From contig OZ246408.1 of NCBI GenBank assembly GCA_965231015.1, positions 280,158 through 344,157 on the forward strand: a DNA stretch of 64,000 bases, written 5' to 3'. The translations under genes and the position numbers were made by a program. The notes beneath the pieces are model-generated. The model ran no database searches and was not told the DNA's origin. It worked only from the letters and a program-made list of their open reading frames with translations. Source of the stretch: an uncultured Gammaproteobacteria bacterium (GTDB lineage Bacteria > Patescibacteriota > Patescibacteriia > UBA9934 > CAZDDW01). Within the stretch, counting starts at the first letter, position 1, and every line of letters starts with the position of its first letter. Below, one piece after another: positions 1-8,557 of the stretch.

Positions 1-254
1 ATGAACAAATGATTAATGAAGGAATTGCTGCCAGTGTAGAGGTGAATTTCTTCCCGTTTTTCTTGAATAAAGTACCAGGGCTGAAAGACCATATTGAGAT
101 TAATGTGCAAGAACCATAAATTGAATTGCTGAAATTACTCCAACTGCTGCGTCATGGGAGCCCGATAACTTAGTCAACGTACGTTTAGTACGTATCCTCG
201 TTATCACCCCATTCCTTGAATTTGAGGTTTTTTAATAATTTTATAATTTGACAG

Positions 255-452
255 CTGAGATAATAGTGATAAGATGATTTTAGTTGCAGTGAAAGGGAGT
301 ACCGCCCCTGGAGCGACTCGCTGGCTTGCGTAAAGCCGAAATTGAGTGGTGTTTGACCGGAGAAAAGGCAAACACAATTCGGGTGGAACCACCTCGCGTC
401 ACAGCGGGGTCCCGAGAACTTCACGTTTGTGAGGTTCTTTTGTCTCTTAACC
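255..452 (+). promoter_or_regulatory. Candidate T-box leader upstream of thrS. A T-box-like motif AATTCGGGTGGAACCACCTCGCG lies at 376-398 and an ACC (Thr) codon at about 301. A terminator hairpin GAACTTCAC/GTGAGGTTC followed by TTTTG lies at 415-442.
   Basis: Seen in sequence: similarity to the AAUUAGGGUGGNACCGCG T-box consensus, and an intrinsic terminator directly before the thrS RBS/ATG at 460. aaRS genes are classic T-box targets. Confidence 0.4.
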
Positions 453-459
453 AATATTT

Positions 460-2244
460 ATGAAAAAGAATAACGAAAAATTAGACATGATGCGGCATTC
501 AGCGGCTCATGTTCTAGCCGCTGCGGTGGTCGAGCTTTGGCCGGACGCCAAATTTGGAGTTGGTCCAGTAATTGAAAATGGTTTCTATTATGACATTCTT
601 ACCAAGAAACCAATCAGTGAAGAAGACCTTCCGAAAATCGAGGACAAGATGTCTGAAATCATCAAACGTGATGAAAAGTTTTTGCGTGAAGAAATGCCGA
701 TTGATGAGGCCATTAAACTGTTTGAGGGAATGAGCCAGGACTTCAAAGTTGAATTACTTACTGATCTAAAAGAAAAGGGTAGTACTAAGATCTCGGAAGA
801 AGAGGCTCAAGACGTGGGGGAAAAACCGAATGAAGCTTCAGTTTACAAGACCGGTGAGTTTGTTGATTTGTGTCGTGGTCCGCACATGAAGTCAGCTGGG
901 AAGATCGGACCGTTTAAGTTGCTTTCGGTTGCCGGGGCTTATTGGCGGGGCAGTGAAGAAAATCAGATGTTAACTCGCATCTACGGAACCGCCTTCCAAA
1001 AACAAAAGGAATTGGACGAACACTTGGCCATGCTCGAGGCGGCTAAAGAACGTGATCACCGCAAGATCGGGAAAGATCAAGAGTTGTTTTTGATTGATCC
1101 TGAAGTTGGGCTTGGTTTACCGCTATGGTTCCCCAAAGGTGCTCGAATTTGGCGCATCATTGAGGATTTCTGGTATGAGCAGCATTACGCACATGGTTAT
1201 GAGTTAGTTCGCTCACCACATATTGGAAATGTTGAGTTGTGGGAAACCTCAGGACATACTCAGTTTTACAAGGATGATATGTATTCGGAAATTACTGTTG
1301 ATGATGAACGATACTTGTTAAAACCAATGAACTGTCCTTTTCATGTAAAACTTTATAACTCTCGGCCTCATTCCTACCGAGAAATGCCTTTGCGGTGGGC
1401 TGAGTGTGCTACAGTTTATCGATATGAAAAGTCTGGTCAGTTGTCAGGATTGACTCGCGTTCGAGGTTTTACGCAGGATGATGCACATATTATTTGTCGA
1501 AAAGAGCAGGTTGAAGATGAACTGCGTGCCGTTGTTGATTTTATTCAGGAATACTTTAAAGCTTTTGGATTGACCGAGTACAACGTGTATCTATCACTAC
1601 GGGATCCAAACAATAAGGAGAAGTATGCGGGCGATGATGCTGGTTGGGAGTTTACTGAGGGGATTCTTAGGAAGATAGCAGAGGAGTCTGGTATGGATTA
1701 TGAATCTGAAGAAGGTGAAGCGGCTTTTTATGGTCCAAAACTGGATTTCAAATTTAAAGATATGTTGGGAAGAGAGTGGCAGTGTCCAACCCTGCAGTTT
1801 GATTTCAACTTACCTGAACGTTTTGATATGACTTTTATTAATGAGAAAGGTAAGGAAGAACGTCCATACATGTTACACCGAACAATCATGGGCTCATTTG
1901 AGCGTTTCCTGGCAGTGTTAATGGAACACTACAATGGAGCTTGGCCAATGTGGCTGGCGCCGGTGCAGGTGCAATTGATTAGTGTTGGGGAAGGGCATAT
2001 TGAGTTTGCTCAAGAAATTGAAGCTGAATTGAAAGCGGCCGGTGTTCGAGCCGAAGTTGATGCCGGGGACGATACTGTTGGAAACAAGATTCGCAAAGCT
2101 GCTAAAGAAAAAATCCCTTGGACTATTGTGCTTGGCGATAAAGAGGTTGGCGGTGAACCGTTCAAGGTTCGAGTCTTTGGACAAGAAGATGAACTCGAGA
2201 TAAAACGGGAAGAGTTGGTTGATCGGATCAAACAAGAGGTATAA
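460..2244 (+). CDS. thrS: Threonyl-tRNA synthetase (short form starting at the editing/N2 domain)
   Basis: The 594-aa ORF has the HSAAHVL editing motif, class II catalytic core motifs and a C-terminal anticodon-binding region. Confidence 0.9.
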   Translation: MKKNNEKLDMMRHSAAHVLAAAVVELWPDAKFGVGPVIENGFYYDILTKKPISEEDLPKIEDKMSEIIKRDEKFLREEMPIDEAIKLFEGMSQDFKVELLTDLKEKGSTKISEEEAQDVGEKPNEASVYKTGEFVDLCRGPHMKSAGKIGPFKLLSVAGAYWRGSEENQMLTRIYGTAFQKQKELDEHLAMLEAAKERDHRKIGKDQELFLIDPEVGLGLPLWFPKGARIWRIIEDFWYEQHYAHGYELVRSPHIGNVELWETSGHTQFYKDDMYSEITVDDERYLLKPMNCPFHVKLYNSRPHSYREMPLRWAECATVYRYEKSGQLSGLTRVRGFTQDDAHIICRKEQVEDELRAVVDFIQEYFKAFGLTEYNVYLSLRDPNNKEKYAGDDAGWEFTEGILRKIAEESGMDYESEEGEAAFYGPKLDFKFKDMLGREWQCPTLQFDFNLPERFDMTFINEKGKEERPYMLHRTIMGSFERFLAVLMEHYNGAWPMWLAPVQVQLISVGEGHIEFAQEIEAELKAAGVRAEVDAGDDTVGNKIRKAAKEKIPWTIVLGDKEVGGEPFKVRVFGQEDELEIKREELVDRIKQEV

Positions 2245-2251
2245 TCGAATA

Positions 2252-2286
2252 ATAAAAAAGAGTGGGTTTAACCCGCTCTTTTTGTC
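2252..2286. terminator. Bidirectional intrinsic terminator between convergent thrS and the 2294-3157 ORF
   Basis: AAAAAGAGTGGGTTTAACCCGCTCTTTTT: 8-10 bp stem with a G.U pair, flanked by A-run and T-run. Confidence 0.5.
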
Positions 2287-2293
2287 TCTCAAT

Positions 2294-3157
2294 TTATTTA
2301 CCTCCAAACAGTCCTCGAAGGAATCCCATAATTCCCCCCGTTTTCTTTGTTGGTTCCTTTTTTGCTGAGACCACCTCGCCGGTTTTTGGCAGACGGTTCG
2401 TTTTCGGATCATCTTCATTCTCAGATTCTGTCAATACCCCACTTGTTTTGGTTTTACCAATACCTCCTTGACGCACATCTTCCAAAAACGCTTCGTGAAC
2501 AGCAATAGCATTGGCTTCCGCCTTGCCATCATTGAAAAATTTTTCTGAGTTGGAAAGCATTTGTGCTTGTTCTTCCGGGGTACTGCTTTGGTATTGCTCG
2601 ATTAGATTTCCGTAAGCCTTGGCATGATCAACGAAGTCCTTGTCTCGCATCATATCCAGTAACTTGGCGGTAGCGTCAGCTTCAGGGGCGGCTTGGCGAG
2701 CCAAAGCATTCTTACGCTCCAGCATAGCTTTTTTCCAGTAATTCATTTCCAGTCCATCAAGACCCAACTCGTCACCGATTTCATCTACTGAAGATTCAAC
2801 AACATGTTCGTATGAACGAAGTTTGCTTTCAGGAATTGATTCTCCAGTGACATCTCGTCCATGAAGCTCGGCGATTAAGGTTGCGCCTGGTTTTTTGGTT
2901 TCCAGAGCCTTGGCAATAATCTTGTCTTTATAGGCCTGCATGGTCTCTCTATATTTTTCAGCCTGCTGACCTTCAAGACCAAGCTCATGAGCGGCCTCCT
3001 CAATAGTTTCGTCAAACATTTCCTCCAAGGCTTTTTCCTCACTACCGATTTCACTTGCCATTTGTTCTAATTCAGATTCAAATTTTGTATCTTCTGGACT
3101 TACTTTTGGTGCTTCCGCACCTTTATTTTTTGCCATAAATTTATGAATATTTAGCAT
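2294..3157 (-). CDS. Hypothetical acidic, largely helical protein (287 aa)
   Basis: Long ORF with host-like composition, Glu/Ala/Lys-rich. No recognisable motifs. Confidence 0.55.
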   Translation of the reverse strand: MLNIHKFMAKNKGAEAPKVSPEDTKFESELEQMASEIGSEEKALEEMFDETIEEAAHELGLEGQQAEKYRETMQAYKDKIIAKALETKKPGATLIAELHGRDVTGESIPESKLRSYEHVVESSVDEIGDELGLDGLEMNYWKKAMLERKNALARQAAPEADATAKLLDMMRDKDFVDHAKAYGNLIEQYQSSTPEEQAQMLSNSEKFFNDGKAEANAIAVHEAFLEDVRQGGIGKTKTSGVLTESENEDDPKTNRLPKTGEVVSAKKEPTKKTGGIMGFLRGLFGGK

Positions 3158-3192
3158 GGTTAACCCTTAAATCGTAGTAAAAATAGGCATTT

Positions 3193-3236
3193 TTGTCAAT
3201 TTGGAGGTTGACAAATTTATTTTTTTCGGCTAATCT
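3193..3236 (+). promoter_or_regulatory. Sigma-70-like promoter (TTGACA at 3208-3213, 17-bp spacer, TAATCT at 3231-3236) overlapped by the inverted repeat TTGTCAA-N8-TTGACAA (candidate operator)
   Basis: Read directly. It sits ahead of a strong RBS (AGGAGG) and the ATG at 3281. Confidence 0.45.
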
Positions 3237-3280
3237 GAGGTCTTCTTCTGGATATCAGCGGAAGAGGAGAAGGAGGCGGT

Positions 3281-3751
3281 ATGGTGGCAACAGTGAGTCC
3301 GCTCGTAGGTCAAGACAGCAGTGTCGAACACACACTCGCGTGTACGCTTCAGGGGAACGACATCCTGGTCGACTACTTGGCCACGGAGCTGGTCGCGATC
3401 GGCGCTGGCAGTGAGGCGGCCGTGGTGATCCTGAACGTGATCGGGCGTTCGATCGGTTCGTCCGTGATTCGGGTGATGCCGAGCGACCTCGGTCGTCTGG
3501 CATCGCTGGACGATCAGGAGGCCATGACAAGGCTCAAGAGCCACCTGTATGACAGGCACCCCGATTTCGGACGTGCTTTCATGCAGTGTCTACTGGCTTT
3601 GAAGATGTGTGGTCCGGCTGACCAGATCGCTGCTGGCATCGAGGAACCGGAGGATGCCAGGGTCAGCGCGTATCGACCGCTACTCGACATCTTCACGGTC
3701 GCCTACGCACTGCTCGCCGGCTGCTCCTTCGACGCGCGCAGTAACGACTGA
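3281..3751 (+). CDS. Hypothetical protein (156 aa), first gene of a GC-rich island
   Basis: Strong promoter, RBS and downstream terminator. About 60% GC versus about 45% for the flanks. No recognisable domain. Confidence 0.5.
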   Translation: MVATVSPLVGQDSSVEHTLACTLQGNDILVDYLATELVAIGAGSEAAVVILNVIGRSIGSSVIRVMPSDLGRLASLDDQEAMTRLKSHLYDRHPDFGRAFMQCLLALKMCGPADQIAAGIEEPEDARVSAYRPLLDIFTVAYALLAGCSFDARSND

Positions 3752-3769
3752 GCGCCATCCACTTCTACG

Positions 3770-3808
3770 ACGGACAGAACCCCCTCGGGTCCTGTCCGTT
3801 TTTGTTTT
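3770..3808 (+). terminator. Intrinsic terminator after the 3281-3751 ORF
   Basis: ACGGACAG/CTGTCCGT 8-bp stem followed by TTTTTGTTTT. Confidence 0.55.
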
Positions 3809-3850
3809 GGTAAAAGTAAGACCGGCCATTCATTGGGCCGGTCTGAGAGG
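3805..3850 (-). terminator. Intrinsic terminator for the minus-strand helicase gene
   Basis: AGACCGGCC/GGCCGGTCT 9-bp stem. On the minus strand it is followed by a T-rich stretch. Confidence 0.4.
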
Positions 3851-3869
3851 TGTGTTTTATGAGGTGGGA

Positions 3870-4915
3870 CTACTTTTTCTTCTTGTTGGCGGTGCCGAGG
3901 AACTCCAGCCAGCTGATCCAGTCCTCCTTGTAGTACGAGTTGGGGTTCGAGGGGAGTCGTGGATCATCTGTCTTACGGTTACCCTTGTACTGCCCGACAG
4001 CTTTGTACCCAAGTGACCGAGTGGCGGTTCGGGCTTCCTGGTAAGTAGAATACAGTTCTGGGCTTGTTGGTCTTTCTAAGAACTCATCCCAGCTGACCCA
4101 ATCGGAAGCGTACTTTTGCTGCGGGTGACCAGGGAGTCTTGGGTCAGTATTACGACCTTGGAGATATCCTGGATATGTTGTTATCCCGAGAGCACGAACA
4201 GCAGCTCGAGCTTCTTGGTAGGTGGCATACAGTTGAGATTTATTCTTCCTTCCGAGGAAGTCATCCCAACTAACCCAGGTTGCCTTATAGGTCTGCCTTG
4301 GTTCTGAAGGCAATCTTGGGTCGATCCGACGTTTATTCGTATATTCTTTGCTTGTTTGCACTCCGAGCCTCTGTACCGCTGCTCGAGCTTTTTCGTACGA
4401 TTCATACAACGGCAGCTTGGCAGTTCTTCCCAGAAAGTCATCCCAGCTGATCCAAGATTCGTAGAAGGAGTTGGGGTTGGAAGGAAGTAAGGGATCCTCG
4501 TTATACCGCTTTCCATATTCAGTGGTGTTGGTAACACCACCAAGAGCTTGGACAGCAGCACGAGCCTCTTCATAGGTTTTGTAGAAGGTCTTTTTTTGAG
4601 TTCCTAGGAAGTCATCACCGCTGACCCATTCATTCGCATATTTTTTATATGGACTTGCCGGAAGACGAGGGTCTTGTTTGTATCCCGCCTTGTATTCCTT
4701 CATGTCCTTGAACCCGAGGGCCTGTGCGGCAGCCTGAGCCTCAGCGTAGGTGGGGTATTTTATCCGTTTGTTTTCAGTCCCCAAGTAGTCAGGCCAATTT
4801 GTCCAATCGGATGGATATGCCATGCGAGGGGAACACGGAAGTTTGGGATCAGTTTTATATAGAGATTGATACTCCATACAATTTTTTGGTCCCAGCGCTT
4901 GCGCAGCAGCTTGAG
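3870..4915 (-). repeat. Six imperfect tandem repeats of about 175 bp encoding the helicase C-terminal repeat module
   Basis: Periodic recurrence of GTCATCCCAGCTGA[CT]CCA-like cores at about 180-bp spacing (near 4085, 4262, 4440, 4620, 4800) and of the protein motif. Confidence 0.7.
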
Positions 4916-6176
4916 CCTCTTCGTAAGTCTCATAAGGTGTGGTGTTGAGCCGGTCAAGTACCTTCAGGAGGTCCAGGATCTCGGTGGTGAAACCGAGCTT
5001 GAACTGGTTACTCGTGATGTCGATCGTCTTAGGCTTGTCGTCACCTCCACCGTAGTGGGTGACGTCGAGGCCGAGTTCATGAACCGCCAGAATGCGGTCG
5101 CAGTTGGCCACGAAGTCGAGGACCGTGACGTTCAGCTTTTCGGCAGTGCGGCGCAGGCCGCGGCCGAGTTGCTGAAGCCAGATGGTCTTCGAGTCCGTTG
5201 CCCGCAGGAACACGATCAGTTCCGCGTCCGGGATGTCGATACCCTCGTTGAACTTGTCGATAACGAGGAGGGTCTTCAGCTTTCCGGAACGGAAATCGCG
5301 CATCCGTTGCTCGAGGCCACTCTTTCCCACCTTGGAGTGGTACTGACGAGCCTCGGGCATGAGCTTGGCAACACGCCGGGCGTGCTTGATCGAACGACAG
5401 AAGATGATGGTCTTCTTGCAAGCCCTACCGGGCTGTCGTTGATGCTCACGGATGATCCGGACCTGCTCTTCCATCCTCTCCTTAAGGAAGATAGTGTCGT
5501 CTAGCTGCTTGCGCGAAACTGTGCGGTCACCATCTCCAACTCGTCGAATCAGTTCGTGGAGCTGTCGGATATCCAGGTTGTCGGTCAAAAGGTGATAGTC
5601 CACCCGCGCCAGCCATTCATCAGCCGCGATTGCCTTGGCGAGGTCATAGGTGTAAACCTCGTCGCCGAAGATATCGCGAATGTCTCGACCGTCCGCACGT
5701 TCACGTGTGGCGGTCAGGCCAACGAGAAGCAGAGGGTCGAAGTGTCGGATAGCAGGCTCGTAGGTCACAGCCTTGCCGTGATGAGCTTCATCTACCACGA
5801 TGAGATCGAACATGTCGGCCGGGAGGCTCTTGTAGGCAGTGCGCATGGTCTGTAGAGTCGTGAAGACCACTTCAGCACCATTGCAGCGCGCCTGGAAGTT
5901 GTTGGATCCGATGACCACGTGGGTCTCGTGTCCGTGCTCTTCCAAGCTCTCCTTGAACTCGTCGGCATTCTGGGTCGTGATGTCGAGACTATCGACCATG
6001 CACAGAACGCGGTTGATCCCCTCGTTGTGATTGAGAAGCAGTTCAGTAACATGGCTCGCGAGCACGGTCTTACCGAGCCCGGTGGCCATAACGATGAGGG
6101 CCTTGCTAAGACCCTCACTAACCGTCCGCCACAGATTATCTGCAGCTTCTTGCTGGTAGGGTCGTAGAGTTTTCAT
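3870..6176 (-). CDS. SF2 (DEAD/DEAH, SSL2/type-III-res-like) helicase fused to six C-terminal tandem 58-aa aromatic repeats. The ORF extends to 6251, but the likely start is the Met at 6176 (MKTLRPYQ).
   Basis: Motif I GLGKT, motif II VVDEAHH, motif VI QQLGRGLRR. Six repeats follow with consensus Y-x-[ST]-Y-[EQ]-E-A-[RQ]-A-A-[VA]-x-x-L-G ... DPRLP-x-x-P ... W-[VI]-S-W-D-[DE]-F-L-G. Confidence 0.8.
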   Translation of the reverse strand: MKTLRPYQQEAADNLWRTVSEGLSKALIVMATGLGKTVLASHVTELLLNHNEGINRVLCMVDSLDITTQNADEFKESLEEHGHETHVVIGSNNFQARCNGAEVVFTTLQTMRTAYKSLPADMFDLIVVDEAHHGKAVTYEPAIRHFDPLLLVGLTATRERADGRDIRDIFGDEVYTYDLAKAIAADEWLARVDYHLLTDNLDIRQLHELIRRVGDGDRTVSRKQLDDTIFLKERMEEQVRIIREHQRQPGRACKKTIIFCRSIKHARRVAKLMPEARQYHSKVGKSGLEQRMRDFRSGKLKTLLVIDKFNEGIDIPDAELIVFLRATDSKTIWLQQLGRGLRRTAEKLNVTVLDFVANCDRILAVHELGLDVTHYGGGDDKPKTIDITSNQFKLGFTTEILDLLKVLDRLNTTPYETYEEAQAAAQALGPKNCMEYQSLYKTDPKLPCSPRMAYPSDWTNWPDYLGTENKRIKYPTYAEAQAAAQALGFKDMKEYKAGYKQDPRLPASPYKKYANEWVSGDDFLGTQKKTFYKTYEEARAAVQALGGVTNTTEYGKRYNEDPLLPSNPNSFYESWISWDDFLGRTAKLPLYESYEKARAAVQRLGVQTSKEYTNKRRIDPRLPSEPRQTYKATWVSWDDFLGRKNKSQLYATYQEARAAVRALGITTYPGYLQGRNTDPRLPGHPQQKYASDWVSWDEFLERPTSPELYSTYQEARTATRSLGYKAVGQYKGNRKTDDPRLPSNPNSYYKEDWISWLEFLGTANKKKK

Positions 6177-6296
6177 TGTGTAGCCCTTTTGTTGTTTGTT
6201 AAATTGTGAAGAACAAGGGCGTAATTTAGTATAAAAATGGCTTATTGTCAATGGTCTATTGTAATTTTAGCCAAATTTTGATATTATCCTGTCATT

Positions 6297-7619
6297 ATGG
6301 AGCCAAAGAAATACCACATCATCACTTACGGGTGCCAAATGAACAAAAACGATTCAGAACGGATCGCGAGTTTGTTATCGGATCTTGGAATGGAATGTAC
6401 GGATGATGAGCACAAGGCTGATCTGGTTCTGTTGAATTCTTGTTCGGTAAGACAGACTGCAGAGGATAGAGTTATGGGAAAGGTTCGAACTTTGAATAAA
6501 GCTCGAAAAAAGAAGCCCGAGCTTGTGATTAGTGTGACTGGCTGTATGGCCGGGCGGGATAAAGACGGCAAGCTCAAGAAGAAAGTTCAGGGGGCTGATT
6601 TGTGGTTTGCCACGGCTGACGCAGTCAACTTGCCACGTTGGATCGCCGAGCTCAGGCCGGGTTGGGTAAAAGCCACTGAATCGGTTGAAGAATTTTTAAA
6701 GCTCAAGCCACATTATCACTCAAACAAGCAGGCCTTTGTGACCATTCAAACCGGATGCAGTAATTTTTGTACTTACTGTGTGGTCCCATCAGCGCGAGGA
6801 ATGGAAGAGAATCGGCCGCTGGCTGATATCATGAATGAGATTCGCGAACTCGCAACAAACGGTTGTCTCGAGATCACTTTGCTCGGTCAGGTGGTAAATG
6901 CCTATGTGGCCCCGGATCCTGAAAACTTTTCCAAAGACAATCCGTATCAGGATCATTTTGCGGCCTTACTGTGGGAGATAAATCAGATTGACGGACTTGA
7001 ACGAATTCACTTTACTGCCCCGCACCCTCGCCACATGACCGACGAGCAGATCGATGCCCTGGCTTTGTCGAAACAGCTAAACTTTTTACATCTTCCAGTT
7101 CAGTCAGGCTCGAACGAGATCTTGGCTCGCATGAATCGTAAACACACCCGTGAGGAGTATCTTGAACTCATCAAAAAGATCAAGGCTCGGGTTCCTGGAA
7201 TTGCCCTGGGGACAGATTTGATCGTAGGGTTTTGTGGTGAAACAAAAGAACAGTTTGAGGAAACCGTGAGTTTGTATAAGGAAGTCGAGTTTGATATTAG
7301 CTACACCGCGCAGTATTCGGAGCGTTCAGGAACGGTGGCGGACAAGGTGTTTAATGATGACGTGACTCGAGAAGAAAAAAAGCGGCGTTGGGAAGTGATA
7401 CAGGATTTGATGGAAGGAATTACCCTCAAAAAGAACCAAGCCTATCTTGATCAGGTTGTCTCGGTCATGGTTGAAGGGTGCAATAACGGTATATGTTTTG
7501 GAAACTCGCGCGAAATGAAAGTAGTCAAATTTCCAGGGGGCGAAAAAATAGTAGGAACCATTCAAGATGTAAAAATATCTGAAGTACAAACTTGGATTTT
7601 GAAAGGAGAAAAAATATGA
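6297..7619 (+). CDS. miaB: tRNA methylthiotransferase (radical SAM, MiaB/RimO family; probably MiaB)
   Basis: N-terminal MTTase Cys motif, radical-SAM CxxxCxxC (CSNFCTYC), C-terminal TRAM region. Located upstream of miaA. Confidence 0.8.
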   Translation: MEPKKYHIITYGCQMNKNDSERIASLLSDLGMECTDDEHKADLVLLNSCSVRQTAEDRVMGKVRTLNKARKKKPELVISVTGCMAGRDKDGKLKKKVQGADLWFATADAVNLPRWIAELRPGWVKATESVEEFLKLKPHYHSNKQAFVTIQTGCSNFCTYCVVPSARGMEENRPLADIMNEIRELATNGCLEITLLGQVVNAYVAPDPENFSKDNPYQDHFAALLWEINQIDGLERIHFTAPHPRHMTDEQIDALALSKQLNFLHLPVQSGSNEILARMNRKHTREEYLELIKKIKARVPGIALGTDLIVGFCGETKEQFEETVSLYKEVEFDISYTAQYSERSGTVADKVFNDDVTREEKKRRWEVIQDLMEGITLKKNQAYLDQVVSVMVEGCNNGICFGNSREMKVVKFPGGEKIVGTIQDVKISEVQTWILKGEKI

Positions 7620-8548
7620 AACCAAAAATAGTTGCGGTGCTTGGACCAACCGCGTCCGGAAAAACTAGTACAGCTATTGCTCTGGCTAAAGAATTTAACG
7701 GCGAGGTGATTAGTGTTGACTCGCGTCAGATTTATAAAGGAATGGATATTGGTACTGCCAAAGAACCGGGGCAGTGGCAAGAGTATGAGGGTGATCGGGT
7801 TCTAATGATCGAAGGGATTCCGCACTGGGGGATCGATTTAGTAGAACCGAATAAAGAAATGAGTGTGGCCGAGTTTAAAGAATATGCCGAGGGCAAGATT
7901 GATGAAATTATTGCTCGAGGCAAATTGCCGATTTTGGCCGGTGGTACTGGTTTTTGGGTTCAGGCGATTGTTGAAAATCTGAAGATTCCTGAAGTTGAAC
8001 CGGACATTGTTTTACGAAAAACCTTAGAAAACAAATCTGTTGACGAATTATTTGCCATGTATCGGGAAAAAGATCCAGTCGGAGCCGAAGCGATCGATCA
8101 AAACAACAAAGCTCGGTTGGTTCGCGCTCTTGAGGTTTGTTTTAAAACCGGACACCCATTCTCCGAACAACAAAAAAAAGGAGAACCAAAATATGATACC
8201 CTGCAGTTGGCAATTGAAGTTGATCGGGATGTGTTATACGACCGGATTAATACCCGGGTCGAACAAATGATTGAAGAAGGGCTGGTCGAAGAGGTTAAAG
8301 GGTTAATTGAAAAATATGGTTCTGTACCAATTGCCATGACCGGCATTGGCTACCGGCAAATAATTGAACATCTAGAAACCGTAGGGGAAAATCATGCTGT
8401 TTCCCTGCAAGACGCGATTGAGAAAATCAAAAAGGACACCCGGAATTACGCTAAGCGTCAGGTGTCCTGGTTTCGTCGTGATGAATCGATTAAATGGGTT
8501 AAGGATGTCGATGAGGCACGGGAAATCTGTAGGGATTACCGCAGGTAA
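7616..8548 (+). CDS. miaA: tRNA dimethylallyltransferase
   Basis: P-loop GPTASGKT followed by the SVDSRQIYKGMDIGTAK motif. RBS AAAGGAG before the ATG at 7616. The ORF-track start 7592 is an upstream extension. Confidence 0.9.
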   Translation: MKPKIVAVLGPTASGKTSTAIALAKEFNGEVISVDSRQIYKGMDIGTAKEPGQWQEYEGDRVLMIEGIPHWGIDLVEPNKEMSVAEFKEYAEGKIDEIIARGKLPILAGGTGFWVQAIVENLKIPEVEPDIVLRKTLENKSVDELFAMYREKDPVGAEAIDQNNKARLVRALEVCFKTGHPFSEQQKKGEPKYDTLQLAIEVDRDVLYDRINTRVEQMIEEGLVEEVKGLIEKYGSVPIAMTGIGYRQIIEHLETVGENHAVSLQDAIEKIKKDTRNYAKRQVSWFRRDESIKWVKDVDEAREICRDYRR

Positions 8549-8557
8549 TCCCTACGA
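8528..8557. terminator. Perfect 12-bp inverted repeat hairpin (GTAGGGATTACC gca GGTAATCCCTAC) covering the convergent stop codons of miaA and gatB
   Basis: Read directly. No strong U-tract on either side, so it may act as a stabiliser or an inefficient terminator. Confidence 0.4.

Noticed and set aside
1-184. Possible 3' end of an upstream gene at the left edge
   Set aside because: Multiple stops in all frames within the first 180 nt and no recognisable protein fragment. It is treated as intergenic or promoter DNA for the thrS leader.
1918-2418. 166-aa minus-strand ORF overlapping the thrS 3' end
   Set aside because: It is antisense to a highly conserved thrS region. No support.
3230-3559. 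Minus-strand ORFs (109 and 91 aa) overlapping the 3281-3751 plus-strand ORF
   Set aside because: High GC generates open frames on all strands. The promoter, RBS and terminator all support the plus-strand gene. The minus ORFs are Arg/Pro-rich and low-complexity.
4866-5504. Plus-strand 212-aa ORF and several others (4116-4573, 5077-5421, 5556-6167) inside the helicase gene
   Set aside because: They lie antisense or out of frame within a well-supported 793-aa helicase gene in GC-rich DNA. No RBS or motif support.
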